DNA from: Octopus sinensis
Lineage: Eukaryota
Direction of reading: 5' to 3'
Assembly (NCBI RefSeq): GCF_006345805.1
Contig: NC_042998.1
Location: 93,930,001 to 93,994,000 of the forward strand
Length of the DNA: 64,000 nt
This document shows, in pieces, positions 1 to 14,100 of this stretch (position 1 is the stretch's first letter; every line of letters begins with the position of its first letter). The notes below the pieces were generated by a model. That model ran no database searches, was not told the origin of the DNA, and was given only the letters and a program-made list of their open reading frames with translations. A program made the translations under genes and the position numbers.

Positions 1-218
1 CATCAGTCGAGTACAGAGTGGTAATAAATTAGAATGACAGAAGATAAAACAGTTATGCAATGAACTTGATTAGCTTACAACTGTTCCTTCTATAGGATGA
101 AATGCACTCATAGTTGAGTGCTTGGGTGCATAGCATCCTATGGCAGAAACTGCTGTAAGCCAATGAAGTACATAACAGTTGTTTATAGTTTTTGTTATTC
201 AAATTCCTCTATGTATTT

Positions 219-1107
219 GAGGGGGTATCCAAAAGTAATCAGAAACATCCTCTGTGGGACAAACCCATTGTAGTTCTGACTTCCACTGCTAGAAGCCTTT
301 TGATGTAACTCTAAGGCACCAGTATGTTGACCAGCGGCATAAAGTATAGTCCTACTGCCATGTGGTGCATCTTAGCTTTGCAGCGCTTCCCGTTTATCAA
401 TTCTTGCAATGGCTGAAATGAAGGAACAGTGTGCTTCCATGAAATTATGTTTTCTCCAGGGGAAAAAATGGACAAATAGTTATGTTTTAAACAGCTTACG
501 AAGACACTGCCATGAGCAAGACAAGTTTATGAGTGGTTTTCACACTTTAGGAATGGTCACTTCAAGACCAACCTCATTCGGGGCATCCATCAACCTCCCA
601 AACAACTGAAAACATCATGAAAATTCATAAACTTGTCTTGGCGAACCATCACCAAACATTTGATGAACTTGTTGATATGATTGGTGTGTCCTGGATCACC
701 TCCCAACAATTTTCAAGTGAAGAATTGCAAATGAAAAGAGTTGCAGTAAAATTTGTGTCTGGTTAGCTCACAGAAGATCAAGAGCAGTCACGACTGAATG
801 CATGTCGTGAACTGAAAGAACAGTTGGAAATTGATCTGGACCATTTTTTTTTTTTTGAAGGTCATCACTTGTGACGAAAGCTAGTGCTCCAGAATTTACA
901 GATGTGGGAGAGGTGAAGTAAAAAAAATGGAGGCGTTAAAAGGCATCACTTTGCAAGAGTTCCAGCACTGCTTCAAACAATGGAAAACATGTCTGGATCG
1001 ATGCATTACATCAAATGGAAAATAGTTTGAAGGTGATAAAAGTGTAAACATGTAAAATTAAGTGAATAAAATATTGCAAAATTCCAGTTTCTTTTGAGTA
1101 CCCCCGC
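219..1107 (+). mobile_element. Degenerate, internally deleted mariner (Tc1/mariner) DNA transposon
   Basis: Left end GAGGGGGTATCCAAAAGTAATCAGAA resembles the reverse complement of the right end TTCCAGTTTCTTTTGAGTACCCCC. Broken frames give MAEMKEQCASMKLCF..., ELQMKRVAVKFV, KVITCDES and the C-terminal EALKGITLQEFQHCFKQWKTCLDRCITSNG. The middle of the catalytic domain is missing. Confidence 0.85.
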
Positions 1108-1163
1108 GCGCGCGCGTGCGTGCGTGCGTGCGTGCGCGTGCGTGCGCGTGCGTGTGTGTGTGC
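1106..1163. repeat. Compound (CG)n/(GCGT)n/(GT)n microsatellite
   Basis: Read directly; abuts the right mariner terminus. Confidence 0.95.
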
Positions 1164-2080
1164 ATACAACATGCATCTTTACAAAACTAGGCAGAATAAT
1201 GGCCACAGATGGTGACAACACCATTTGCAGCTCAGTTACATATTGGTGATAACTGTTGCCATTTCCTTGCTAACAGTTTATCAGCTAACTGCGCTTTTTT
1301 TTTAATACCTCTCAAATTTAAAAAAAAAATCCTTTACTTGAAAAGCAAATAAACATTGGCAACCTGAAGGGTGCCAACCATAAAATTTCTGCCTCAATTT
1401 AAATCGATACCATGAAAAAAATGTTAAATGAAATAAATATGTACACAATTTGTAAAACAGTTAAATGTTTAAATATTTCTATTCAATATTCAGCTAACTA
1501 AATGATCTGTTGGTGTTCCCATGAAATTCAGACACAGGAGATGAACAAACAGAGAGATAGACACACATCACTAATTATCTTAATAGATAATTGACAAAGA
1601 AACTACATTCATCTAATCATATTGCATTCTAAAGTTTAAAATTTTTTTTTTTGGGGACCAGTTTTCAGGAAAATATACACAAAACAGCCTGAGTCTACAG
1701 TTTTCCACACAGAATTATTTTTCTCTTCTGAATGCCACAAGTAGTACTTGTCTACATTGTTACCGATAGCGCTACTAAAATAGCAATCTGACTAACATAG
1801 CGACCTGAACAGATTTATATTATTTTTCACTGTAGTTCAGTTGAGTTAGAGTTCCAGTTTTATCAAATATATTTTCTTCAGAAACTTTTTTTAATAGAAT
1901 TCATATATTTTTCACTGTGTAGTTCTTCCATTTCAACACTCCTACGAGTGTTTGTAACCTCGTTACCACTGTTATAATGACACCATTATACAATGGGAGG
2001 TACTCTCATCACCACTGATATGTCCCACATTATGATGAAATATTTCCTCGTCTGCGAGACTGGCCTGAACAGCGTACCTT

Positions 2081-2309
2081 CAGTGACTGATGCTGTTGTT
2101 GTTAAGCAACAAGACGAGTAAGGGTGATTAGGTGATGGTCTAGGGCTTAGGGGCGGGAGACCCCAGACCTTGGAAAAGAAACTTTGGTTGTCTTATTATA
2201 ATCGGGGGCTCTTCATTGACGCCTGACACCACTGGGAGGTGGCCCTCAAAATTGCTGGAAATGGAGATCTCCAGGTCCAAATTCTTGAACGGCAGTGACT
2301 GATGCTGTT
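2081..2309 (-). mobile_element. GC-richer 195-bp segment between exact 17-bp direct repeats (candidate retroposed insertion)
   Basis: CAGTGACTGATGCTGTT at 2081-2097 and 2293-2309. On the minus strand the inner segment ends in an AAC-rich tail next to the repeat. Confidence 0.45.
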
Positions 2310-5300
2310 TGCTATGTCTGTCCACTATTTATCAGTAGTGGAACAGCCCACTTCTCGCTTGGAGGTGTCCACCACAACAAGTAGGAAGGGAAATTAGTTC
2401 TCAAATCAAGTCTTGAAAGTAGGTACAACTGTTTTAGCAAATTTACTTCAGGATAGTGTTAGTCTAAATAAGAAACTGTGAATGACAAAACCATCACTAA
2501 TGGACTAATGTACACACACATTATACCATTAATGATAACGAGGCAAAAGACACCAATTAATGAATGTCTTTTAGAAACTCCTGCTAGAGGGAATAAATAA
2601 ATCTGTTTTTTAAGTGACTATTGAAAGGCAGATGGAAATTTCCAGGAATTTGGAAACTATAAAATAGGTGTAAATAAAGAAATTTGTTTAGATGATTAAT
2701 AGATATTTCATTCTTTTTCTGACAAGAATTATATTTGCTAAATTGATTTTAGAAGGGTCATACCAGATGGAAGCAATAGAAATTATTTTCATAGATACAC
2801 CAATGGTACCTGCACAAAAGGCACCTATGCTGGTGACACTTAAAAAAGCACCCAGTACTCACTGTAAAGTAGTTGATGTTAAGAAGGGTATCCAACCATA
2901 GAAACCAAGTCAAAACAACTCTGGCTTACCAGCTCTGGTCAAGCCATCTAATCCATGCCAGCATGGAAAACAAAAGCTATATGATGAGGATATATATCTT
3001 AAGAGGAACAAGACCTTGGCAATATTCTGTGCTTTAGAAGACTTGTCACGCCAAATGAAACCATAGTGGAGGCTGTTACCAGAGTCATGTAAATGGCACC
3101 CATTACACTGAGTGGCATTAGGAAGGGCATTCAGCCATAGAAACCATGCCAAATCAGACTGGAACCTGGTACAGCTCTCGTCAAACCACCTAACTCTTGA
3201 CAGCATGGAAAGCAGACATTAAATGATGAGGAGGCTGATAATGTAACTGTTTGAATATCAAGGTAGATAAGACCATAAAACAGTTTGATTGCTTATTATT
3301 CCTGATGGCTCTAAGTCCATGTTAGAATTATCTTACTGGAAGGATACAGACTGACAAAAGAGGGTCTATTACAAGACTATAATTCAGTAGTGAGAACTTT
3401 AAATCCAGTAAAAGATAAGCAATTAAAATCTTTTCCTGGAATTGTTTCCTACGGCTGATATATTTTTCATTATTTGGCCTGCATATTGCTGCTTGCACCA
3501 CTTTGTAAATAGGGTGTTCAACAAAAGAAGTCATTCAAGTATAAAAAATGTGATATCAAAGCCAGTGGCTCAGATTTATAAAGGCACAGAAAAAAAAAAA
3601 AAAAAAAAAAAGGGTGATCTTAACAAATGATGCAAGTGAAAAGGCTATATCAGAAATATAATTACAAGAGAGCAATTTTGAACTATATCAAGTTAACAGA
3701 AATGAGATACTCAAATATTAACCCTTTACTGTTTAAACTGGCCATATCCACCCAGATATATTCTGTCCATTTTATGTCCCAACAGGCCAGATCACACTTC
3801 TCACACCTCCCAACAATGTTATTCTAATAAACAATCACATCATTGGAATTTTAAAGCCACAAGATAATGCATAATTAATTCAAAATAATCTGAATAAATA
3901 AGCATTATATTTGATAGAGTAATTGGAATGTTAAAGAGTTAAAATGAAGTTTTGGAGCTTGTATGGTGTGCTCAAATAATATTTTCTCTTTGGTCAAAAT
4001 TCAAATTGGCCATGCATATATTTTAAAGGAGAACCTTACAAAGGACATTTAATTAGGAAACATAAAGAGTTTTCAAATAGCATCTGAATTTTATTAATAA
4101 TGTTGGTTTGGATGAAATTGATCATAAACTGGATTATTTCTACTCAAGTTATCAAAAATCAAGTTGACAGAGGAAAGAAGAGATCTTTTTACAATGTATT
4201 TAGTGGCTCAATGATAATAAGGAATCAGTCGAAAATAAAAGCATGGTAGCCTGCTTAATGTGAAGATGTGAACACTATGTGCTAGAATTACATCATCACA
4301 CAGCACAAACATGACCTAAAAATAAATGAAAGCCTAAATACATATATGATTCAAGATTACTGTATTTCATTGTTTGTAAGGAGTACAAGCTTAAAAGACA
4401 CTTCAGTTTTGACTGACTCTTCTTTAAAAAAAAGAAAGAATTTCAGCCTTTTCCACAATGAGGTCATTTTATGCATTCATACGAAATTTAGTAAATTCCC
4501 AATAAAAAAACATTAACCCCATTATTATTGATGTTAAAGGCATTCAAACATGCCAAATTTGCCTATTTCTCCATAGATCGAAAAATCATGAACAGCCTTA
4601 AATCAATTTTCGACCCATATTAGGGTTTCTTCACGTGCCTACATCATTTGTTTATTTCTAGGGAAACAAAGTAGCCAATTTGTTTATATACACATCAAAT
4701 CTAATAACTTCACAGAACCAATTTGCATACTAAAAGTGTTGAGCATTTTATTTACTAACAGAAACCCAGCCCACAAAATATCAAGGCATGATAATATATG
4801 CAAACTTTAATAGAAGATCTAGAAACATGTAAAAGTTACCTATTTCTGTAGAGATTTCTAACTAAAATATTCTACCACTATTTTTCAAGTTAATTCTAAA
4901 ATTGTGAATTTACACAGGTTTCATAAAACATCTACTTCCTTATTTATTGAAATATCAGTGATGTTTCACATCTAGCTTAAAATGGTTCTTACATAAATCT
5001 TTTATAAATTCATTGTACCTAAAGAAACCAGCTCTGATTGTAGGTAAATACTAGTAAAAAGAAAACCTGAACTATAACGCTATTAATATTTCATGCAACT
5101 TATTTTAGCCATAGCCATTGTTATATTTATGGCATAAATATCCTAGTTTCATTCAGTTTGTCTTTCTTTTTTTAATTTCACAAAACAATTCATTTCCACA
5201 ATTACCATATAAAACACAAATTAAAATAAACAAAAATTAAATAGTCAATGGATTTGAGTCATGAGGACGGCTGATTGGGTGCAATAGCTTCTGATAATTT

Positions 5301-6852
5301 CAAAAGAGAACTATATTAATAATTTTTTCCCACTCCACTCTTTCTGGAAATCATTACTTCACTACCATTGTTCAATGTTGTTTACATGCACTGAGATTGA
5401 AACATCCTGTTCAAGGTTAACAAGTTACTACTGGTTGTGAAGGTATGTCTTCTCTATGACTCCTTTGTGTTGGGTTAATGACAATCTGAAGATTTTAAAA
5501 GTGAATTGACTATTTAATCAATAACAGATTATTTTATTATCATCACCACCATTTAATGTCACAGCCATCAAATGCAGTGATAAAATAATCTGTTTTTGAC
5601 ATAGCTTGGATGGTTCAACAGAAACAGCTGAGCCAGAGGACTGTGCCAAGCCCCAATGACTGCATGCCGTTCCTAATGCCAACCACTTTACAATGTGCAC
5701 TGGGTGGTTTTATGCAGCACTAGTGAGGTCATTAAGTAACTTGCAAACCAGGATCTACAAATGAGAAGGCGTAATACTGAGGAAGGTGGTTTTATGCCAG
5801 GAGACAAGAGGTTAAAATATGATAGAGCAACAGAAACAGGTGTCCTGAATATATAAATTATATTTGGTAATTTTAATTTTAAGGGGCACCGTAGCACACA
5901 GACCACCACTTGCCAGTAACCTAAGCCCTAATTTTTTGGGACATTTCAACAGGGAAAAAGTGCTTAATAAGCTGTCAAAAACAGTTTATAAAGAATTATG
6001 CCCTGTTCTTGGTGATGCCTATGAATTTTGTGCAAGTTGATTAAATCAGACATAATCCTGTAAAAATACCTCCATATCCACAATCGAATGGAATTCCTGA
6101 AAGAATGGTCATGAGTATTAATATAGGTTTAAACAAATATTCACCAACTAAAGTTCCTACTAAGGTTTATTAGAATTGTATGCATCTGAGTTAGCAGACA
6201 ATCCCTCAATCAAGAAGACTTTAGTCCAGCTACCTTCAGAAGCAAAAAGATATACTCAATAGTGCTGAGTGAAACTACAGCTCTAGTTTGGTATCCGTGC
6301 AAAAGAAAAGATGAAGCACAAGCTTGGTTTCAATTTCAAGCAGGTGATAATATACCTGTGATTATTAAAGGTATTAAAAAAAAAAGTGTATTGAAGCTCA
6401 TGTACATCAAATAATGATACAAATATTGACAGTGAATAAAATGGAGAAACAACTTTGATTGATGTTTCTCACAGTTAATGAAGATTGTAAGCTGACAATT
6501 GGTATTAAAACATACATTGCAAATGGTGTAAGGTATAGTTCTCAAGTAAGGAAATGAAATAACCCAATTTCCAAGCAAAATAAGGTTTTTGTTATGTTAA
6601 TATTGTGGTGTATGGATTATACAAGCTAAGAATATCTAAGGTGTCTACCTGTTCAATGTCAAAGCTTGGTTTTTCAGTTGAATAATGCTTCTGAACTTGA
6701 AGGATTGCATGCAAATTCAGTTTTATTTGGATAAATACAGTATGACACGATAAAGATATCCATTTGAGTAATGAGAGTAAATAGGGGTCAGGCACAAATG
6801 AGTCAACAGGGTACAGAACAACTAGGTAAGGTACAATTTATATTTTATAACC

Positions 6853-7200
6853 AATAGGTGCAGGAGAGGCTGTGTGGTAAGCAGCTTGCTACCAACCACA
6901 TGGTTCTGGGTTCAGTCCCACTGCTTGGTACCCTGGGCAAGTGTCTTCTATAGCCTTGGGCCAACCAAAGCCTTGTGAGTGGATTTGGTATACAGAAACT
7001 AAAAGTTAGTCGTATATGTGCGTGTGCATGCCTGCATACTTGAGTGTTTGTCCCCCCCCCAGACAACTGATGTTGGTGTTTGTATCCCCATAACTTAACG
7101 GTTCGGCAAAAAGCACCGATAGAATAAGTAGTAGGCTAACAAAGAATAAGTCCGGGGGTCAATTTGCTCTGGCCACAGTCACATGACTTAAACAAAAGAA
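6853..7200 (+). mobile_element. tRNA-derived SINE, family A
   Basis: Head GGCTGTGTGGTAAG...GGGTTCAGTCCC (A/B-box-like), central GT/AT microsatellite, tail ending ...CAGTCA(A/C)ATGACT. Many copies in the window. Confidence 0.85.
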
Positions 7201-8054
7201 TACCAATATTTTATAACTAATGTAACATTGCATTGTAAAAATTTCCAGTTTACCAACTCTAATAAAGGGCAGCAATGTAAAACATGATAGGGTTTGGTTT
7301 CTCCTAACATTAAAAGAAATGCTAATGCAATTAATTACAGTTCTACCATCGTCACCATAAAATGAATATTAAGAAAAAACAAACAGAGTTTTCTTCGGAA
7401 TGTGCACTTCATTTAATATTCTTCTATGATGGCATGGGTCGAATAACTTGACAGGCTGGAGGGCTGCGTTGATCTATAATGTCTGCTTTGGCATAATTTC
7501 TACAGCTGGACGTAGTTAAAAGAAAAAAACCCAACCACTTTCAGAGTGTATACAGATTGCAGTGAAGATAAAATCTTTAATGCGACAATAATCACATTGT
7601 TCACAAGAATTATCACTGGTTGCTAGCATACGAGAACTATTATCAACTATTCCAAGAGAAACTAAGAAATCTAAAAGGATTATAATGAACATTTAAGAAA
7701 GAAAATTGGCTAAAATAGCTAGCATGAGTGGTTGAGTTAATCCATCACCTTGTTTAACAGCACCACCTGGCACTTTTGGTGCCTTTAGTAGGCCCCCTAC
7801 ATTTTGCAAGTATTTACTTCAGGTTTCTAGTATAAGGATGCCCTTCAAATTCCTTCTCTCCCACTGTTCTTGGAAGCTCTGTAAAAGGTCAGTGGCACTT
7901 CCTTCCCTCTTTTCTGGATTGATGAAAATAAAGTACCACTCAAGTACAGGAATTAAAATAATCAACTAAGTCCCTCTCCACAAATGTCTGGCCTTGTGCT
8001 TATTTTAGAAAATTATTATTGCTATCAATCAATTTTGAATTGTTAACTTATATG

Positions 8055-8222
8055 TGTAGGAGTGGCTGTGTGGTAAGTAGCTTGCTTACCAACAACATGG
8101 TTCTGGGTTCAGTCCCATTGCGTGGCACCTTGGGCAAGTGTCTACTATAGCCTTGGGCCAACCAAAGCCTTGTGAGTGGATTTGGTAGACGGAAACTGAA
8201 AGAAGCCCATCGTGTGTATGTG

Positions 8223-8295
<73 letters not shown>

Positions 8296-8492
8296 ATAAA
8301 CGCTTATGTGACTGTCCCCCCCATCATCGCTTGACAACCAATGCAGGTGTGTTACGTCCCTGTAACTTAGCAGTGTGCCAAATGAGACTGATAGAATAAG
8401 TACTAGGCTTACAAAGAATAAGTCCTGGGGTTAATTTGCTCGACTAAAGGTGGTGCTCCAGCATGCCCAGTCAAATGACTGAAACAAGTAAG
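8055..8492 (+). mobile_element. tRNA-derived SINE, family A (near full length)
   Basis: GGAGTGGCTGTGTGGTAAGTAGCTTGC head, internal (TA)n(GT)n, GGTGCTCCAGCATG...ATGACTGAAACAAGTAA tail. Confidence 0.9.
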
Positions 8493-8930
8493 AGAGTAAA
8501 ATATATTTGCCTCAAGTGTCATTATTTTGGAGGTTTTAATTTATATCAGTCAAAACAATCCAAATCGTAAATCGTATAAACAAAACCACCAACAAAATTA
8601 CATTCATAAACTTTGGTTCACAATCAAACAAAATTACATTCTATTTAATAGATCAAAGTGAAGAAAGGTTATCTAAGTTATGCAAAGGTCAGTTGTTCAG
8701 AAGATGCTCACAGGATTGCAAAAGATACTAAGAATGTTGTTGCAACAAGAAAATCCTGTATTCACATCAAGGTCAAGCAAGCACAAGTTAAAGCCAAAAA
8801 TGCCACTTCATACCAAGCCTCTTCCTAAACCTCTCCACCTTGATTCCTGCACAGCAAAACTTTAAGCCTGAAGGAAACCAAGTTAATAATATCTTAAACT
8901 GGATCTCAAAGCTTACAACAAGTAACAGCT

Positions 8931-8963
<33 letters not shown>

Positions 8964-10129
8964 AACAAAAAAAAAAATTATTCCAAATTGTTGGTAGTGG
9001 AAACTAGCAGCAATGCACATCACTCAGGATATACTGCCTGGAGACAAATATTTATTTTATATTAGAAAAAAGGTACATTTATAGAACAAGCTGAGCTAAA
9101 GATAAATCAAGCCAGAAAACTCTATATATTTCAAATTCCTGATTCTCAGTTAATCACAAAAGAATATGAAGGAGCCCAAGCCAAATATCACTCAAATCAA
9201 ACCCCAACATCTAAATGGGGGTTTAAAAAAAAAAAAAAAAAAAAAACTTGTTCATTTCATTTATTCATTATTACATCTGTTTTTCTAAGCTCACATGAAT
9301 ATATTACCAAAAAACAGGTTTTTCAGCCAGATGCCAATCATGTCAAGCCTTATCTGTTTTCAAGTAAAGGATCTCTTATTCCATAAATCTTTGAAGGTGT
9401 AAAGCCAGTGGATGATTTGTTGACAGGGGAAATTGATAACATTACTGCATGCAGCTCAGCAATTTTTGAAGACGTGCTAATGTACGTACATACACACGCA
9501 CACGCACATGCACACAGGGCTTCTTTCAATTCCTATCTACCAAATCCACATACAAGGCTTTGGCCAACCCAAAGGTACTGCAGAATGGGACTGAGCCAAA
9601 ACACCACATACCTGCAAAGCAAACTTCTCAACCATACAGACATACCTCACTAAACAGACCCAAAAGAAAGGAAGACAAGAAAAAAAAACAAGAGCCAAAT
9701 GGTCAGTGCAAGATTGATTATGGCCCAATAAGATAAATAACTATTGGCATGACTATAAAATAGGACTGGTGTCTTATAAAGACATGTTGCTATTCTGGTA
9801 GTCTCAACTTATCTAATAAACTCAACACCTTATGGAAGTTAAATAACATCTTAGAAAATATTCAGTGAATGTACAATAGAAATTCTGCAACTGAGTTAGG
9901 GGGGGGGGGACAAATTTTCTTTTTAAACTAGTCGCAACAATAACATGTCATGATTTGATCTTAAAAGATTACTTTTGTACTGACACAATCAAATATATAT
10001 TTATCTTATCATTACACATACAATACATTTGTAAAATCACTTAAGTGTCAAAGCTGTTGACCCTGTACAAATCTCAAGTGTAACCCACATTAGAGTACTG
10101 TCACTGCTACCCACACATCCTATAAGTGC

Positions 10130-11260
10130 ATTCAGTAGATTTGTTCACCAACACTTTACAGCCAAGTAGTTTGAGACTCACCATTTCAACCCTTTGGAAG
10201 AATGGTCAAAAAGGAGGAACAGAAACTCCAGGTTCCCATCATCTTTGAAACCTAGTAAGAGTGAGATCAACAGCCAACAGAGTCAGAGTAAGGAACCTTC
10301 TTGGGGATTGAACACACAATAGAATGTTTCCAAAAGGTAAGAATAGATCCTTATAGAAAGACAAAAGTGGAGACTGAGGATAGTGAAAGAGTTACTGACC
10401 TTGTTTGAGTAAAGAAATGTGACCTTTTTGTTTTAACTCAACCAGATGTATTTTCACAATATGTCTATGTGGTGGTAAGACTTGTGGAATGAAGAAGGTA
10501 AGTTTTGTGGAAAGTCTCTTAACAAGGGTGAATATTATGGAATATAAAGTAAAGCAGACAGCAAATGTGGAAGATCTCTTTCGGAGAATATTTCTTACAA
10601 AACCAACATGTTTAAAGACTGGCAAGAAATAGGATTCCATCAAATGACAAGAAACCCATCTAAGGAGAATTACTTTTCGTTCAAGAGACAACAGTACTTG
10701 CATGCTATGCAATGCATCTTCATAACGTAGTCTTGCAGAAGCTGCAGCAGTGAGTGTTAAAGTAATCCAGTTCTACTATAAGTTATGTTCTTCCCCTATA
10801 CTGTGACAGTACAGCTGTATGTAAACAACTTGGGATTTTGATTGTGTAACAAAATGGGCAGGCACAGGCTTCAGTTACTAGGGACAGAGTAATGAATATT
10901 TGAAGCAAGAGATAATTAGTGTAAAACTGGAGGAGCTCTTGTTAGTTAGCTGAACTGAAGTGCCACAGGGTCCAAAAGGTATGGGGTGACCTTGAGTAGG
11001 CAGTGATCAGGTGATCCAATAGGCACAGAAACTCTAGTAGTAAAGGCAGGATTTAATGAGGAAAAAGGTGTCTGGAGAGTGAGTGCATCAAATAAGGTCA
11101 TTCATGGCGAAAGATAATGCAAGAACATTGGTTAAAGATCCAGCTTCTGTACTGGAAGTACTGGTGTGGAAAGAGTGTGAGCACCACCTGGGACACTGCA
11201 GTCACCAAGGAAGAGGATTTCAGACAGGTTGCTGTAGGATGAGAGTCTCAAAATGTAATA
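10130..11260 (-). mobile_element. Degenerate LINE ORF2 fragment (APE endonuclease region and downstream sequence)
   Basis: Minus-strand translation with stops and frameshifts gives EILFLGD (GDFN-like motif) and PIGSPDHCLL (SDH motif of APE endonucleases). Confidence 0.7.
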
Positions 11261-13149
11261 CAAGTTCAAAACTATTAATCATTAAAATTATTATATTATA
11301 TTTAAAATATTTAATTTATTCAAAACAGTGAAAACATAATATTTCTAGTATATTTTAAAGAAACATGACACACCATGTCAGCTTTTCCCGCTTAACTTAC
11401 AAGTTTTCTGCAATATTTTTTCTCTGTACAATATTGGAAATAGCTGTTCCTCATTTCGGTATATTTAATGTTAGCTCAGTGTGTGTGTGTGTGTGTGTGA
11501 AAGAGAGAGAGAGAGAGAGAGGTCCATCAATTCTGTAAGACTAATCTAGTTTAAATACACAAATCAAATGCATGTGGAGTGAAACTGCATAAAACAAGGA
11601 GAGAACCAAACCAGCAAATAATCTAGATGAATTATGTGCTTGAAAATTGAGAACTATGATAGCAAGAAATTTGCTTGTTTTAAATAGGAATCAACTCACA
11701 TCTAAGTATAGGCACTACAAGATATTTGAAAAATAACACAGAATTAAATTTTTTTAACCACTGCAAGGTTCCAAATCATCTGCAGGTTCTCCAAGATTGC
11801 TGAGATACATATACTTGATGTTCAACAGAAATTCTTAAGATTGAAATGTTGAAATATGGATAGAAAATCTATTACCATGAAAACCATCTAGTGGAGTATT
11901 TGGAACTTGATGATGGAAAGTTGGGAGTTGTAACAATAGTGAGAGGAGGAGAGATGCATGAATAAAGTATACAGCTACATCAAAACTAGCAAGGACCAGT
12001 AATAATGATAGAAAGAGATATATGTGTGGGAAGTCACCTTGCTGGTAATGCTAGTGGCTTTATAACATGTTAGTGAATGAAGGTTTGCCAATCAGTCAGT
12101 TAGGCTTTTGGGAAGGGATGTAGTTTACAATGAACTGTGTGCATGTGTGTGTATTCATAGCAGCTGCTCTGATAGTCATGCGCAATACTTTAGTGTGGAG
12201 TGAAACTATTTCAGCCACCTGCTATGATTAATATTCAGAGTAAGCATTAAGAAAGTAAATAATAAACAAAAGATCTTATTAGACATCTGTAAACATATTT
12301 TGGCAGAAAATAATATTTACATGTCTCTCACCCTCTTCATACAATACACCTGCCACTCTTTTCTTCACACACTCCTACAACCTACCCAACATCATTCCTT
12401 CCTCGTTGTTCTCCTGCCTACTGTTTCATTTGAACAGTCATCAACACCTCCACTGCTTTCTGGCCTCACCTATTCTAGACGGAGAAGAGCTAACTGTAGC
12501 TCCTTTGCAGAAACAAACCTGTTCTGTACAGGTCCCTTTTTCTCATATGTTTACCCATCTTTTGCCTCTCACCTAGCATAAAGTTGGCCCCTCACTACTA
12601 CTAGTAGCACAAAACAGCACCCACTACATGCTGTAAAGCGACTGTTGTTAGGAAGGGCATCCAGCCACAGAAACTATACCAAAATAGACACTGGAGCATG
12701 ATGCACTTGGGCCTTTCGAATCATGTCAAACTCATAACCAGTGCGAGCACAGAACATTGACAATAAATGATGATTAAACACAGAAGACAAACAGATGCAG
12801 GAGAGTGTAATTTGTGAACAACAGCACCGTTTGCTACAGGTTTATATAATAATGACATTATTATATACAGTGCTCAGGTGCACCACAACTTGTCAAAAGT
12901 GCATATAAAGCATATGCAGTAATGTACAAATGTCTGGAAAGTGAACAGTGTATGAGTCAGATACATGTTTGCGTATGTATGGAGGGGAGAAAATCAGGTG
13001 TAGTTTTCCACAGATCATTCACTAGTTCACTGACTGGGTTTCTGACAAAAGAAATGGCAAAAAGGATATTTGTACCACAGTGTAATTCATTCGAAGTGCA
13101 CCAGTTGCTTTTCGTTTTCTAAACCAATGTTTACATCCATTACCAGAAT

Positions 13150-14100
13150 ATAGTTGACAGCAGCAGGGTCTTAAGTGCAATTCAGGAAAAGCAGCTACCT
13201 CGGGGATAGTTGTGCGATGCTTAAACTATCTGGTGTAAAAATAGATGCAAGCTACTTGCAAAGTCAATCAGGAAATACAGAGAAGTGCTATACCAGTATC
13301 ATCATCCACTGCTATAAGGACAATGTTGATGCACTGAGAGGAAACTACAGATATATCAAATTGTTGAATAGGTTAAGAAATTTACAGAATGAGTTGTTAT
13401 AATCAAGAATAGAATTAACAAGATAAAGATATAGTTCAGCTATGAGCCAGAAAGGACTACCATAGCCATCATTCTTGTGAGATTACTGCAAAAATACTTA
13501 GCTGGGAGTATGTACCCTATACTTAGCAACCATCAGCCTTGGAGGTCTTTGAAAGAGTTCCACACTGTAATCTGGTGAGCAGTAAGGAAACTAGCTGTAG
13601 ATGAGTGGTTTATGAAAGCCAAGTCCAAAAGTCACTCAGCAACGAGATCAGTAATGAACTTAGTGTTAGCAGCAAGGGTCTGTTAAGAATCATTTCTCAA
13701 GTCACTCCTACTTATAGTTTTTCAAGCGATAACAGAGAAGTTTAAGACTAACTACCCATGGGAACTCCTGTATGCTGATGACTTAATGCTTACAGCAGAT
13801 TCTGTAAAACATTTAGTAGAAATTCCAGACATAAAGGGGAAAAAAATCCTAGAATCAAAATTTTCAAAGTAAATTTAGACAAGATTTTCTTATGCTAGCT
13901 GTACTCAATATGTAGAGAGGGGAGGGATGAATTGATAGAAACTCCTTTTAGTGTAAACTATGGACATAAGAAATGCTGTAAAATGACAGGCCAGCTGACA
14001 GAAGATTGATTCTATGTTGCAGATACATAGAAAGTTTTAGTAACAATACAACAAAATTAATTCTTTCAAATGCCCAGAAAGCTCACTGGAAATAGTTGAT
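13150..14100 (+). mobile_element. Degenerate RTE-type LINE reverse transcriptase fragment
   Basis: SLLLIVFQAITEKFKTNYPWELLYADDLMLTADS around 13700-13800 contains the YADD catalytic motif in an RTE-like context. Confidence 0.85.

Noticed and set aside
4300-5484. Minus-strand acceptors followed by short frames ending in stops (IVINPTQRSHREDIPSQPVVTC*; GHVCAV*)
   Set aside because: No PH-domain or other homology and no linking exons; cannot be told from intronic noise.
6055-6125. KIPPYPQSNGIPERM, resembling the integrase motif PYHPQSNGxxER of LTR retrotransposons
   Set aside because: Too short and unsupported by flanking integrase sequence or LTRs.
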